This document shows, one piece after another, positions 1 to 9,920 of a stretch of 64,000 nucleotides of DNA. Source of the DNA: an uncultured virus (IMG/VR IMGVR_UViG_3300027832_001134) (Duplodnaviria > Heunggongvirae > Uroviricota > Caudoviricetes); IMG/VR virus record IMGVR_UViG_3300027832_001134; one strand, written 5' to 3'. The notes beneath the pieces are model-generated. The model was not told the DNA's origin, searched no databases, and saw nothing but the letters and a program-made list of their open reading frames with translations. Made by a program: the position numbers and the translations under genes. How positions within the stretch are numbered: the stretch's first letter is position 1; every line of letters starts with the position of its first letter.

Positions 1-2
1 AG

Positions 3-368
3 CGGGGCGCCGTCGTCAATATCGCCTCGGTTCATGCCGAAATGACCTATCCCGGGTTTTTCCCCTATGCGGCGGCAAAGTCGGGCCTTGTGGGCCTGAC
101 CCGCTCGCTTGCGCTTGACATGGGAAAACACCAGATCCGGGTGAATGCGCTGTCGCCCGGCTATACCGAAACCGCGCTGGTGAAAGAGTTCTTCGACAGC
201 GGCGACCCCGGCCTGCGCGATCAGGTGCTGAAGGTTCATCCGATGCACCGCATGGCGACCCCGCGTGAAATCGCCAATTGCATCGTGTTCCTGCTGTCGG
301 ACGAGGCCTCCTTTGTGACTGGCGCAAACTGGAAAGTTGACGGTGGCCTGACCGCCCGCTTTGCCTGA
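3..368 (+). CDS. Short-chain dehydrogenase/reductase, 3' part (truncated by window edge)
   Basis: YAAAK catalytic YxxxK, IRVNALSPG and C-terminal VTGANWKVDGG SDR motifs. Confidence 0.9.
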   Translation, partial: RGAVVNIASVHAEMTYPGFFPYAAAKSGLVGLTRSLALDMGKHQIRVNALSPGYTETALVKEFFDSGDPGLRDQVLKVHPMHRMATPREIANCIVFLLSDEASFVTGANWKVDGGLTARFA

Positions 369-869
369 CCCTGATCCCGACCAGCGGTTCTGCGTAGGTC
401 TGACCCATGCAATTGCCGAGGTGCCGTTTGGACGCCGGCGAAGTCACCGCCAGCTGCTGCACTGCCACCACAAGGCGCAAATGGCGCCGGGCATGAAGAA
501 CCGATCTTTGGTCACGGCCTGATCGAGCCAGACCAAGTACTGCGATGGTTCTGCAACTGTTTTGTCCCCGCCGCCTCGGCGCCGGTCCAACCCGATGGCA
601 ATCATTTCGATGCGTATGTTTGCGTAGCCCAGGATCGGGTCAACGCGCATCACACCACTTCTCGTCCTTGTTCCCTGACCCGCAGGGCATGGGTCGTTTC
701 GATAAGGCCTCCCTGCCCTACTCGACGCGTACGGCCTGCGTGCGGGAAACCGAAGCGCCGTCGAAAGGTTCTCGATCGTCAATTCGATGCTCTCATCAGC
801 GTGCCGCCGCGGCCGACCCACCGCTTCATCTGCACCTGTTGACCCCTGCCACCCTCGGCAGCGAGGCCT

Positions 870-2042
870 TATACCAACGACCGGTCTTGCTGACTCGAAC
901 GTGAGTTGCCAGGATGTGGCGCGTCTGAATCACTGCCTCTTGGGCAGGGGGATTTGACATGACGATAGCGATCACACGAGCTGACCTTGACGCGCGCGGC
1001 TTTCGGGCGGCAGCGGGGCGCACCAAGGATGCGGCGGCAGCGCGTCGGATGCTGGCGCTGGCGCTGGTGCTGGAGGGCCAGAACCGGACCGAGGCGGCGC
1101 GAGCGGCGGGAATGGACCGGCAGACTCTGCGCGACTGGGTGCATCGCTACAACGCGCAGGGTTTGCAGGGACTGAGCAACCGGCTGAACTGCGGCGGACC
1201 GAAGCGCAAGCTGACCGCGGTACAGGAGGCCGAGGTCGCTGACTGGGTCCGCGCCGGGCCAACGTTGCAGGTGCATAAGGTGGTGCGCTGGCGGTGCTGT
1301 GACTTGCGCGACGAGATCGCGCGGCACTTTGGCGTGAGGATGCACGAGCGCACGGTCGGCAAGCTGTTGGTGCGGCTGAACTTCTCCCGAGTCTCCGTTC
1401 GCCCTCGGCATCCCGAGCAGGATCTCGAAGCCCAGCAGGCGCATAAAAAAACTTCGCCGAGCTCGTCCGCGCCGTCATTCCCGAGCACGCCCGGGACAAG
1501 CCGATCGAGCTCTGGTGGCAAGATGAAGCGCGCATCGGCCAGCAGGGCAGCCTGACCTATGTCTGGGCCGAACGCGGCAGCCGCCCGCGCGCACCGCACA
1601 ATCAGCGCTACGTCTCCGCCTATCTGTTCGGTGCGGTCTGTCCCGCACGCGGCGTCGGCGCGGCCCTCGTGCTGCCAGGCGTCAACATCGCGGCAATGAA
1701 CCTGCACTTGGCCGAGATCAGTTCCCAGGTGGCTCTCGGCGCCCATGCCGTCATCACGCTCGACGGCGCGGGCTGGCATCGACCGGGCGGCGGCCTCGTC
1801 GTGCCCGACAACATCAGCCTGCTGCCCTTGCCGCCGTATTCGCCGGAGTTGAATCCGGTCGAGAACATCTGGCAATACCTCCGCCAGAACTATCTCGCCA
1901 ACCGCGTCTTTGACACCTACGGTGCCATCCTCGATGCCTGCTGCGAAGCTTGGAATGCGCTCGTCGGGCTGCCCGATACCATACGGTCCATTGCAACCAG
2001 GGACTGGGCAAGAGAAGTCAGCGCATAAGGCGGTTGGTATTA
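870..2042 (+). mobile_element. IS630-family insertion sequence
   Basis: Terminal inverted repeats TATACCAAC (870) and GTTGGTAT (2033-2040) with TA dinucleotides; encloses a frameshifted transposase. Confidence 0.88.
959..2028 (+). CDS. IS630 transposase (orfA/orfB joined by -1 frameshift at A7, 1445-1451)
   Basis: HTH part GMDRQTLRDWVHRYN; the -1 frame continues NFAELVR..WWQDEARIG..TLDGAGWH..YSPELNPVE (DDE). Confidence 0.88.
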
Positions 2043-2497
2043 TACCAACCTGCACTGATCAGCACTCATGCGCCCATTTGCGCATCCCGATGGATTTGAT
2101 GCGTGCTGGCTGGCTGATCAGCTTGTTCCAAGCATCACAGCAATGATCGACAATCTCGTTGTAGGATTTGAAGATGTGGTTGGAGAGCCAATTATCCCGC
2201 ATGAACTGCCAGATGTTTTCGACGGGATTGAGTTCCGGGCATTTGGCTGGCAGCGGAATGATGCTGATATTCGCGGGTATGATAAGCGCGGCGGTCACAT
2301 GCCACCCGGCCTGATCCATGAGCACGACGGCATGGCCACCAAGCGCCACAGTTCGAGCGATTTCAGCAAGATGCAGGTTCATCGCGTCCGTATTGCACAC
2401 CGGCAGGACAAGCCCTGCACCCTTGCCCAGTGCCGGGCAGATCGCTCCGAAGATGTAGGCTGATATGGTTCGTTGGTCATGCGGTGCGGAGGGCCCG
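2041..2497 (-). pseudogene. IS630 remnant (3' half of transposase plus one end)
   Basis: APHDQRTISAYIFGAICP..MDQAGWH..CPELNPVENIWQ; end TATACCAACC at 2041; 5' half missing. Confidence 0.85.
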
Positions 2498-2804
2498 GCA
2501 AGGTCGTGGACCCGGCGGTGGGGAGTTTGCTTGTCGAACTGATGACACCGATGACCCTCGAGATCACCCTTGCGGTGCAGCGCGAGCTCGAGGCGCGCGC
2601 TGCAGAGACAGACAGTTTACGCCGACAGCACATTGAGCGGACGCGTCATGACTGTGAGCTGGCCCGGCGCAGATATATGTTGGTTGATCCCGACAACCGC
2701 CTCGTAGCCGATACCCTCGAGGCCGAGTGGAACGAGAAGCTGCGACTCCATACTGACGTCATCGAGGACTATGAACGGCGCGCGACTAAAGACGCTGTCA
2801 TCAT
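2498..2804 (+). pseudogene. Internal fragment of a large serine recombinase-family gene
   Basis: LARRRYMLVDPDNRLVADTLEAEWNEKL coiled-coil segment typical of these recombinases; cut by the IS21 left end. Confidence 0.65.
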
Positions 2805-2979
2805 TGCGTATTCCGGGGTGATGTGGCCGGTTATTCCGATCTGATCTGGCCATCTATTCCAATCTTATGTGGCCAGGGATTCCGGGGCATGTGGCCACCC
2901 TGTTTCCGCCGATGATTTGTCTGTGCTGAGCGATCCTGACGCGCGGTAGCCTTCTGCTTTTCGAAGAGCAGGGGACCCC

Positions 2980-4521
2980 ATGGAAAGATTGTCGATGCGT
3001 AAGATCAAGGACGTTATGCGGCTTGGATCGCAGGGTCTGTCAGCCCGCAAGATTGCCGCGAGCCTTGGGATTTCCCGAGGCGCAGTCGCGGCCTACGCGG
3101 ATCGTGCGCAAGCGGCGGGGCTGACTTGGCCATTGCCGGTTGAACTGACCGAGGGCGACCTGGAGAGCCTCCTCTTCCCGGCGTCGGTGCAGGTGTTGAG
3201 CGCTACTTTCCCGCAGCCGGATTGGGCCCGGGTCCATATCGAAATGCGGCGCAAAGGCGTGACGCTTGCGCTGCTATGGGAGGAGTATCGCGGCGCCCAC
3301 CATGATGGTTATGGCTACAGCCGCTATTGCGAGCTTTATCGCCGTTGGGAAGGCCGCCTTTCGCCAGTGATGCGCCAGCACCATGTTGCTGGAGAACGCC
3401 TGTTCGTCGACTATGCCGGGGCTACGCTGGAGGTTGTCTGCGCCGAAACAGGCGAGATCCGGACGGCGCAGGTGTTCGTGGCAACGCTGGGTGCATCAAG
3501 TTACACCTATGTTGAGGCGACCTGGACGCAAAGCCTGCCAGACTGGATTGCTTCACATGTTCGCGCCTTCGCGTTCTTTGGCGGGGCCCCGGCACAGGTG
3601 GTCTCGGACAATCTGAAGTCGGGCGTGACCAAGGCCTGCTTTTACGAACCGACCGTCAATCGCACCTATGCTGACATGGCCGCGCATTACGACTCGGCGA
3701 TTGTCCCGGCACGGCCGCGCAAGCCCAAAGACAAGGCAAAGGTGGAAGGCGCGGTTCTGATCGCGGAACGCTGGATCGTGGCGCGACTGCGCAACCAGCG
3801 GTTCTTCACGCTGGACGACCTGAACGCCGCCATCGCCGAACTGACCAAACGGATCAACACCAAACTCTCGCGCCATCTCGGGGCCAGTCGCGCCGATCTG
3901 TTTGCCCGGTTGGATCGGCCAGCACTGAAGCCGCTGCCGGTTGAAGCTTATGTCTACGCCGAATGGAAGTTGTGCGTCGTGGCATTGGATTATCATGTCG
4001 ACGTGCATCGCCATTACTATTCGGTCCCGCATCAACTTCTGCGCCAGCAGGTCTGGGTGCGCGTAACTGCCCGGACCATTGAGGTTTTTGCCAAGGGGCA
4101 GCGGGTCGCGTCGCATGCAAGGACCTCGTCCAACCATCAGCACACCACTTTGCGTGATCATATGCCGTCCAGTCACCGCCGCCATGCGGACTGGACGCCG
4201 GACCGGATCAAGCGCGAAGCCGCCGGGATCGGCGCGAATTGCGCGATCCTGGTTGAGGTGATCCTGCGCGACCGGCGCCACCCGGAACAGGGGTTTCGGG
4301 CCTGTCTGGGCATCATGCGCCTTGCCAAACCGCATGGCGCAGAACGGCTCGAAGCTGCCTGTGGCCGGGCCTTGGAAATCAATGCACGCTCCTATGCCTC
4401 GGTCAAATCGATCCTCCAAAACAACCTCGAACGCAGCCGCCGCGACGGCGTCAAAGGTGGCCCTGCGGACGGCCCTGCAATCTCTCACGCCAACATCCGT
4501 GGGGCCGGATACTTCCACTAA
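2980..4521 (+). CDS. istA: IS21 transposase IstA
   Basis: N-terminal HTH; FVDYAG, SDNLKSGV and KDKAKVE DDE motifs; C-terminal HANIRGAGYFH. Confidence 0.95.
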   Translation: MERLSMRKIKDVMRLGSQGLSARKIAASLGISRGAVAAYADRAQAAGLTWPLPVELTEGDLESLLFPASVQVLSATFPQPDWARVHIEMRRKGVTLALLWEEYRGAHHDGYGYSRYCELYRRWEGRLSPVMRQHHVAGERLFVDYAGATLEVVCAETGEIRTAQVFVATLGASSYTYVEATWTQSLPDWIASHVRAFAFFGGAPAQVVSDNLKSGVTKACFYEPTVNRTYADMAAHYDSAIVPARPRKPKDKAKVEGAVLIAERWIVARLRNQRFFTLDDLNAAIAELTKRINTKLSRHLGASRADLFARLDRPALKPLPVEAYVYAEWKLCVVALDYHVDVHRHYYSVPHQLLRQQVWVRVTARTIEVFAKGQRVASHARTSSNHQHTTLRDHMPSSHRRHADWTPDRIKREAAGIGANCAILVEVILRDRRHPEQGFRACLGIMRLAKPHGAERLEAACGRALEINARSYASVKSILQNNLERSRRDGVKGGPADGPAISHANIRGAGYFH

Positions 4522-4549
4522 CCCAACACTTTCCTTGAAAGGAACAACG

Positions 4550-5308
4550 ATGCTGACACATCCGACCCTCGATCACCTGCGAGCCCTCAAACTCGACGGC
4601 ATGGTCGACGCCTTTGGCGAACTTCAGACGCAGGACGGGGCGGCCTCCCTGAGCCATGCCGAATGGCTGGGCCTGCTCGTCGACCGCGAGATCACCAACC
4701 GGGCGAATAAACGGTTCCAGACCCGCATGCGCACGGCCAAGCTGCGCCATGTGGGCGCGGTGCCGGAAGACGTGGACTACCGCGCCGCCAGGCACCTGGA
4801 CAAAAGCCTGTTCCAGCAACTCCTGACCGGGAAATGGATCAAAGACCGCCGAAATCTGATCGTCACCGGCCCCTGCGGCGTGGGCAAGACATGGTTGGCC
4901 TGCGTCCTGGGCCAGCAAGCTTGTCGCGACAACGCCACCGTCGTCTACAAGCGCGCACCCCGGCTGTTCAGTGAACTGGAACTCGCCCACGGGGATGGCA
5001 GCTACCCGCGGTTGTTTCGAAATCTGACCAAAGCGGACATGCTGATCATTGATGACTGGGGGCCTGATCGCCTTACTGCGAGCCAGAGGCGTGACCTGAT
5101 GGAGATCGTCGAAGACCGATACGGCACCGGTGCCACGCTGATCACCAGCCAGCTTCCCGTTGACGCTTGGCACGAGATCATCGGCGATCCCACCTTCGCC
5201 GATGCTATCCTCGACCGCATTGTTCACAACGCCTATCGGATCAACCTCGACGGCCCATCAATGCGCAAAACCCAACCGAAAACCGTTGACGAAACTCCTG
5301 CCAACTGA
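4550..5308 (+). CDS. istB: IS21 helper ATPase IstB
   Basis: Walker A GPCGVGKT, Walker B LIIDDWG, TSQLP, ADAILDR; RBS AAGGA before ATG 4550. Confidence 0.95.
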   Translation: MLTHPTLDHLRALKLDGMVDAFGELQTQDGAASLSHAEWLGLLVDREITNRANKRFQTRMRTAKLRHVGAVPEDVDYRAARHLDKSLFQQLLTGKWIKDRRNLIVTGPCGVGKTWLACVLGQQACRDNATVVYKRAPRLFSELELAHGDGSYPRLFRNLTKADMLIIDDWGPDRLTASQRRDLMEIVEDRYGTGATLITSQLPVDAWHEIIGDPTFADAILDRIVHNAYRINLDGPSMRKTQPKTVDETPAN

Positions 5309-5537
5309 AACCAACAAACCACCGCTCAGCAGCGGCACCTCAAAGGTGGCCACATCCTCCGGAATGGATGGCCAGATGGCGTCGGAACAGGTGGCCATGT
5401 CGCCCGGAATACGCAAAAAGCCAGCGGTGTGTCTTCAAGCGGCACCAACCAGCGGGCATAGTCGCCACCATGCCCACAGAGAGTAGCTACTAAATTTCAC
5501 TTGCCAAAGGCCGTCTCAACCGATACCAAACGTGATG

Positions 5538-5578
5538 TTACCAGATTGGTAATTCTATTAATATGACCATATAGGTAA
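5538..5578. promoter_or_regulatory. Two tandem operator-like palindromes upstream of higB
   Basis: TTACCA-GAT-TGGTAA (5538-5552) and TGACCA-TAT-AGGTAA (5564-5578) in an AT-rich promoter region. Confidence 0.65.
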
Positions 5579-5584
5579 CAAGCT

Positions 5585-5905
5585 ATGAAAGTCATATCGA
5601 TAGAAAGGACCGAACACTTCATCAAAACACACAAGCGAGGGAACGAAGCTGCCGGGGCACTACGGGCATGGCACCGAGAGGCCGTCGCAGCAAAGTGGAA
5701 GAACCCTGGCGAACTAAAGGCTCAGTACCCTAAGGCCAGGCCAATCGGTAAAGGCAACGGCGTAACGATCTTTAACATCAAGGGGAACCATTTCAGACTA
5801 GTAGTTCGGATCAACTACCAAGCTGGGGTCATAAAGATCGAGTTCATCGGGACCCACAAAGAGTACGATGAAATCGACGTAGGAACAGTTATATGGAAAT
5901 GCTAA
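5585..5905 (+). CDS. higB: HigB/RelE-family toxin
   Basis: IFNIKGNHFRLVVRINY..FIGTHKEYD signature. Confidence 0.9.
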   Translation: MKVISIERTEHFIKTHKRGNEAAGALRAWHREAVAAKWKNPGELKAQYPKARPIGKGNGVTIFNIKGNHFRLVVRINYQAGVIKIEFIGTHKEYDEIDVGTVIWKC

Positions 5906-7116
5906 ACATCAAACCAATCAAAACCGCAACTGACCATGCTTGGGCTATGGAGCAGATTGATGCGCTGATGCTGAAAGACGAGCTTCCTGAGGAGGATGTT
6001 CGCCACCTAGAAGTGCTGGCGATCCTGGTCGAGAAATATGAAAGCGAGCATTTCCCGGTTGAGCTTCCCTCTCCTGTAGAAGCGATTGAGTTTCGCATTG
6101 ATCAACTCGGGATCAACCGTAGCCAACTCGCCAGTCTCATTGGTTTCCCGAAGTCGCGTGTCTCAGAAGTGTTGAATGGAAAACGCAAACCATCTCTGGA
6201 TATGATGCGGGCACTCCATGAGAAGCTGGGCGTCCCAGCTGATGTCCTGTTAGGCAAAGTCGAAGCTAAATTGCCTGAGCCTTGTCCAAACGTAGACTGG
6301 AAGTCCTTTCCGATTACCGAGATGTTCAACCTGGGTTGGCTCGGAAAGATCAAGCCTCAGGCTGATGCGATCGAAGGCTGCGTCCGGAATTTGATGTCTG
6401 CTGCACGGGTTCCCACACCGCAGTTTGCGGGGGTTCGGTTTCGTGGTGCCGAAAACAAAGAACCGAACCCTTATTCGGTGAACGCCTGGTTAATGAAAGC
6501 TATGGGTGAGGCAATTAGTTGCGAGAGCGAGTACGACTTCAACACTGATGATGTGGGGCATTACTTCAGACGAGAGGTTGCCACGCTGAGCCTATATTCT
6601 GATGGACCAAAACGAGCATTCCTTAAGCTTAACGAAGCAGGCATCACAGCTGTTTACGTTCCTTGCTTGAAAAAGACATACATTGACGGCGCGTGTTTCA
6701 GCCTTCCAAGTGGAAAACCTGCAATAGCCGTTAGCCTACGTCACCACAGGCTCGACAACTTCTGGTTCACCCTCCTGCATGAATGTGTGCACGTTGAAAA
6801 ACACTTGTCCGATGAGGGTATAATTATTGACGAGACAGAGGGCTCAACTGGCGCATTCGGTAACGACCCCAGCATGGAAGATGAGGCGAACACATTGGCC
6901 CAAAGTGCGTTAGTGCCAGATGACATTCGCGAGGAACTAAGTCGAGTAGCCGGGAATATCTCCAAAGCTAAGGTGCAGTCTTACGCGCGGAAAGCGGATG
7001 TTCATGAGGCGGTTATTGCTGGTCAAGTGCGTATGATCACAAGTCAATACACTCATTTTTCAGGGATGTTGGGCCAAGGCGAGGTTGCCAAAGGGCTTGG
7101 ATGCGTTCGTCACTAA
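5893..7116 (+). CDS. HigA-like HTH antitoxin fused to ImmA/IrrE (DUF955) zinc peptidase
   Basis: IKPIKT..LVEKYE..SRVSEVLNGKR XRE HTH; RLDNFWFTLLHECVH (HExxH) and EDEAN. Confidence 0.88.
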   Translation: MEMLNIKPIKTATDHAWAMEQIDALMLKDELPEEDVRHLEVLAILVEKYESEHFPVELPSPVEAIEFRIDQLGINRSQLASLIGFPKSRVSEVLNGKRKPSLDMMRALHEKLGVPADVLLGKVEAKLPEPCPNVDWKSFPITEMFNLGWLGKIKPQADAIEGCVRNLMSAARVPTPQFAGVRFRGAENKEPNPYSVNAWLMKAMGEAISCESEYDFNTDDVGHYFRREVATLSLYSDGPKRAFLKLNEAGITAVYVPCLKKTYIDGACFSLPSGKPAIAVSLRHHRLDNFWFTLLHECVHVEKHLSDEGIIIDETEGSTGAFGNDPSMEDEANTLAQSALVPDDIREELSRVAGNISKAKVQSYARKADVHEAVIAGQVRMITSQYTHFSGMLGQGEVAKGLGCVRH

Positions 7117-7332
7117 ACGTAGTTTGACGACTGGAGTCGCGAAGCCGCCATCCCTTGTATGACCCATGAGTGTCAACGATGGGCCGATCGGTTCAAGCAG
7201 CGCAACCACGGTTCGCGACTTTGCAGCGGCCGCTCGCCGCGCATAGAAATCATCCTTGAAACGTACCGCGATCAGCAGCTCACCGCCCTCCGTGTTACCG
7301 ACCAGCGTACACGAAAAGAGCCTGGGCGACCG

Positions 7333-9786
7333 TCAAAGCCATCCCTTCGATTCGAACTCGGTCAGATCAACACCTTGCGGTGCATACCATCCGCCTTCGG
7401 CGTATCTGGCTCCGAGTTTTTGCGCGATTTCCTTGTTGCCATAGGGAATTCGCAGAGGCGTGTTTGCCGTCGAATGTCGATGTTCGGCAGTCGGCGGGCG
7501 TGTTGCATCGACCATAACCGCAGTTGATGAGGGCTTTCGAGGCCGCTCCGTCGGCGTGGTGGATTTTGTCGCTTTCGGCTCGGAACTCTTCGCGACAGTT
7601 TTGCGGCGGCCCTTTCTGGGCTTTCCGTCCTGGTTCGTGTCAATCCATGCGGACATGGCGGCAGAGCTGGCCCTGGCTTCGTCATTTATCGCAACACCTT
7701 TCTCCCGCGATATGCTCTCGGCGAATGACGATTGCGCCGGACTTGGGGGCCGTGCTTCAGGACCGCCAACGGCATTCCTGTCAACGCCCTCGGTTTTCTT
7801 GGGGGCGTGCTGTTCGAGGAATGCGCGGCAGACCGATCCCGATTTTGTGTAACCCGCTGGAGGCTTCATGCCCTTCTGACGGGCGATGCTGTCGGCGAAA
7901 CGCTTCATTGCGGCTGTTGGTGGTCGTCCGCCGCCACCGCTATCCGATGCAAAACCGGCCAAAAGCGACAGACCGCCCGGCGGACGTTCGACGAGCTTGC
8001 CGATGATACGCTGGGCGACGTCGCAGACAGCGTCGATTGCGCCAACCATCTCCTGTTTGCCAACGACGACATCGTCGAGCAGGCATTCGAGTTGCGCGGT
8101 CACGCCCGGGTCGACCAAGGCCGGATCAGCCTGCTGGAGTAAACCAAACAAACTCAATCCGGTTTCGGTCGGTACAATGTTCTTGCCCTTCACGATCAGA
8201 AAACCCTGCCGTTTCAACCCGCCGATGATCTCGGCGCGGGTGGCAGGGGTGCCGATGCCCTTGGCTTCCTTGAGCCTCTCGCGCAGCACCTCATCATCGA
8301 CAAAACGCCAAGCCTGCTGCATCGCATCGATCAAAGTGCCTTCGTTGTAGCGCGGCGGCGGCCGGGTTTCCTTGTCTTCAATGGCCGGGTTCCGCAACTG
8401 CGCGGTCTCGCCGTTTCGCATTTGCGGAAGCAACTGTGCATCGTCACCCTTTTCGTCGGCAGGTTGCCATTCCGGAAACGCCGCCCGCCAACCGAGATCG
8501 ATGTGTTGGCGGCCAGTGGCCTTGAACGGAGAGCCGCCCACGTCGAGCGTTGCGGTAGTCTGGCGATAGCGGAAGTCCGGCATGACGGAGGCCAGATACG
8601 CCCGCGCGATCACATCAAACAGTTTTTTCTCGTCTGTCGAAAGGCGCGGCCAGACGTCCCGCAAGCTCTCGATCGTGTTGACGTTGGGGATGACTGCGTG
8701 GTGGCTGGCCCCCTCCAAACCCTTGTCATAAAAACTGCCGCTCTTGCCCTTTCGGATGACCGGCACCGCTGGCACTGGGATCGTGCTGAACGATTTTCCC
8801 GCCTGCAGTCCGGCAACGATCTGCGGCACATCCCCGATCAGGTTTTCCGGAAGGTAGCGCACTTCGGCGCGCGGATAGGTGATGATCTTCTTGCCCTGAC
8901 CATCATAGAGTTCCTGAGCGATCTCCAGCGTCTTTGCGGCGGCCCAGCCGAAGCGCGAGGCGCAGAGTTTCTGGAGCGACGGCAGATCGTGCAGTTTTGG
9001 CGGCCGTTGCCGCTTGTCTTCGACGCGCACGCCGAGTGGCCCCTCGAAGTTTCGGGCAGCCATGACCACGGTCTCAGCAGCCTCACGTTTAAGAATTCGT
9101 TCCCGTGGCGCATGTCGCATCTTGAATTCACCGCCCTCAACCATGGCCGTGGCGACGATCTCGAAATAGGTCGTGGGAACGAAATCACGGATTTCCAGTT
9201 CGCGTTTGCAGACGATCGCCAGGGTCGGCGTTTTTACACGCCCGACCCCAATGACGCCCCGCGCGCCCTTGCCAAGGATGACGGTCGCAGTGCGGGTCAG
9301 TGACAGATTGTAGATCTGATCGGCCTGGCGGCGCGCAACAGCGGCGGCGTAAAGCCGGGCGTATTCTGAATTGGGTTTGGCCCGATCGAATGACTGGCGT
9401 ATGGTCTGGGCATCCTGAGCGGTAAACAGCACCCGCATGACCTGCCCTCGATACTTGTAATGTTCGAGGATTTCCTGGCCGATGAGCTGCCCCTCCCGGT
9501 CGCAATCGGTGGCAAGCCATACCTGCTTGGCCGAGCGCAGCGCCTCACGAATGGCTTTGAGCTTGGCCGCCTTGTTTCCACCTTTTGCCGGTCTTGTGCC
9601 GTAAAGTTCGTCGGGGCGCAGCAGAACCGGGGACCAACGCTTCCATTCCGGCACCACATCCTCTGGTTCGAGCAAGTCGAACAAATGTCCCTCAGCGGGC
9701 AGAACCAAGCCGTAGCGAGACCCAATGGCGGCGCGGACGTCTTTCGCCTGGCTGGTTTTCTCGGTGATGACGATCTGATCGGCCAT
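7333..9786 (-). CDS. topB: DNA topoisomerase III (plasmid/ICE type) with C-terminal DUF5710-like tail
   Basis: TOPRIM ITEK..ATDCDREG, GRVKTPTL, catalytic ITYPR, GIGTPATRA; C-terminal LRIPYGNKEIAQKLGARY..WYAP. Confidence 0.9.
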   Translation of the reverse strand: MADQIVITEKTSQAKDVRAAIGSRYGLVLPAEGHLFDLLEPEDVVPEWKRWSPVLLRPDELYGTRPAKGGNKAAKLKAIREALRSAKQVWLATDCDREGQLIGQEILEHYKYRGQVMRVLFTAQDAQTIRQSFDRAKPNSEYARLYAAAVARRQADQIYNLSLTRTATVILGKGARGVIGVGRVKTPTLAIVCKRELEIRDFVPTTYFEIVATAMVEGGEFKMRHAPRERILKREAAETVVMAARNFEGPLGVRVEDKRQRPPKLHDLPSLQKLCASRFGWAAAKTLEIAQELYDGQGKKIITYPRAEVRYLPENLIGDVPQIVAGLQAGKSFSTIPVPAVPVIRKGKSGSFYDKGLEGASHHAVIPNVNTIESLRDVWPRLSTDEKKLFDVIARAYLASVMPDFRYRQTTATLDVGGSPFKATGRQHIDLGWRAAFPEWQPADEKGDDAQLLPQMRNGETAQLRNPAIEDKETRPPPRYNEGTLIDAMQQAWRFVDDEVLRERLKEAKGIGTPATRAEIIGGLKRQGFLIVKGKNIVPTETGLSLFGLLQQADPALVDPGVTAQLECLLDDVVVGKQEMVGAIDAVCDVAQRIIGKLVERPPGGLSLLAGFASDSGGGGRPPTAAMKRFADSIARQKGMKPPAGYTKSGSVCRAFLEQHAPKKTEGVDRNAVGGPEARPPSPAQSSFAESISREKGVAINDEARASSAAMSAWIDTNQDGKPRKGRRKTVAKSSEPKATKSTTPTERPRKPSSTAVMVDATRPPTAEHRHSTANTPLRIPYGNKEIAQKLGARYAEGGWYAPQGVDLTEFESKGWL

Positions 9787-9920
9787 GACGCACTCGTTTG
9801 GAATCCAGAATTCCGCCAAGATAGAACGTAAAGTGAACAAATGTCATTCAAAAATTAACTCTTATGAGGCTCCACAATGCTAGTGCAGAACCGCAGCGTG
9901 ATAATCCTTGAGCATTGGCA

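Larger units (their letters stand above)
2805..5415 (+). mobile_element. IS21-family insertion sequence
   Basis: Ends TGCGTATTCCGGG (2805) and CCCGGAATACGCA (5415), multiple subterminal TGGCC repeats, istA-istB pair. Confidence 0.93.

Noticed and set aside
369..869. ORFs 444-821 and 545-904
   Set aside because: No recognisable motifs and atypical composition; probably degraded or intergenic sequence
2805..2900. Regularly spaced TGGCC..ATTCC repeats as a mini CRISPR array
   Set aside because: Degenerate, without unique spacers, and mirrored at 5345-5415: IS21 subterminal transposase-binding repeats
7136..7221. Short inverted repeat AGTCGCGAA..TTCGCGACT between higA and topB
   Set aside because: Only 9 bp with a long spacer and no target duplication; not enough to call a MITE or terminator
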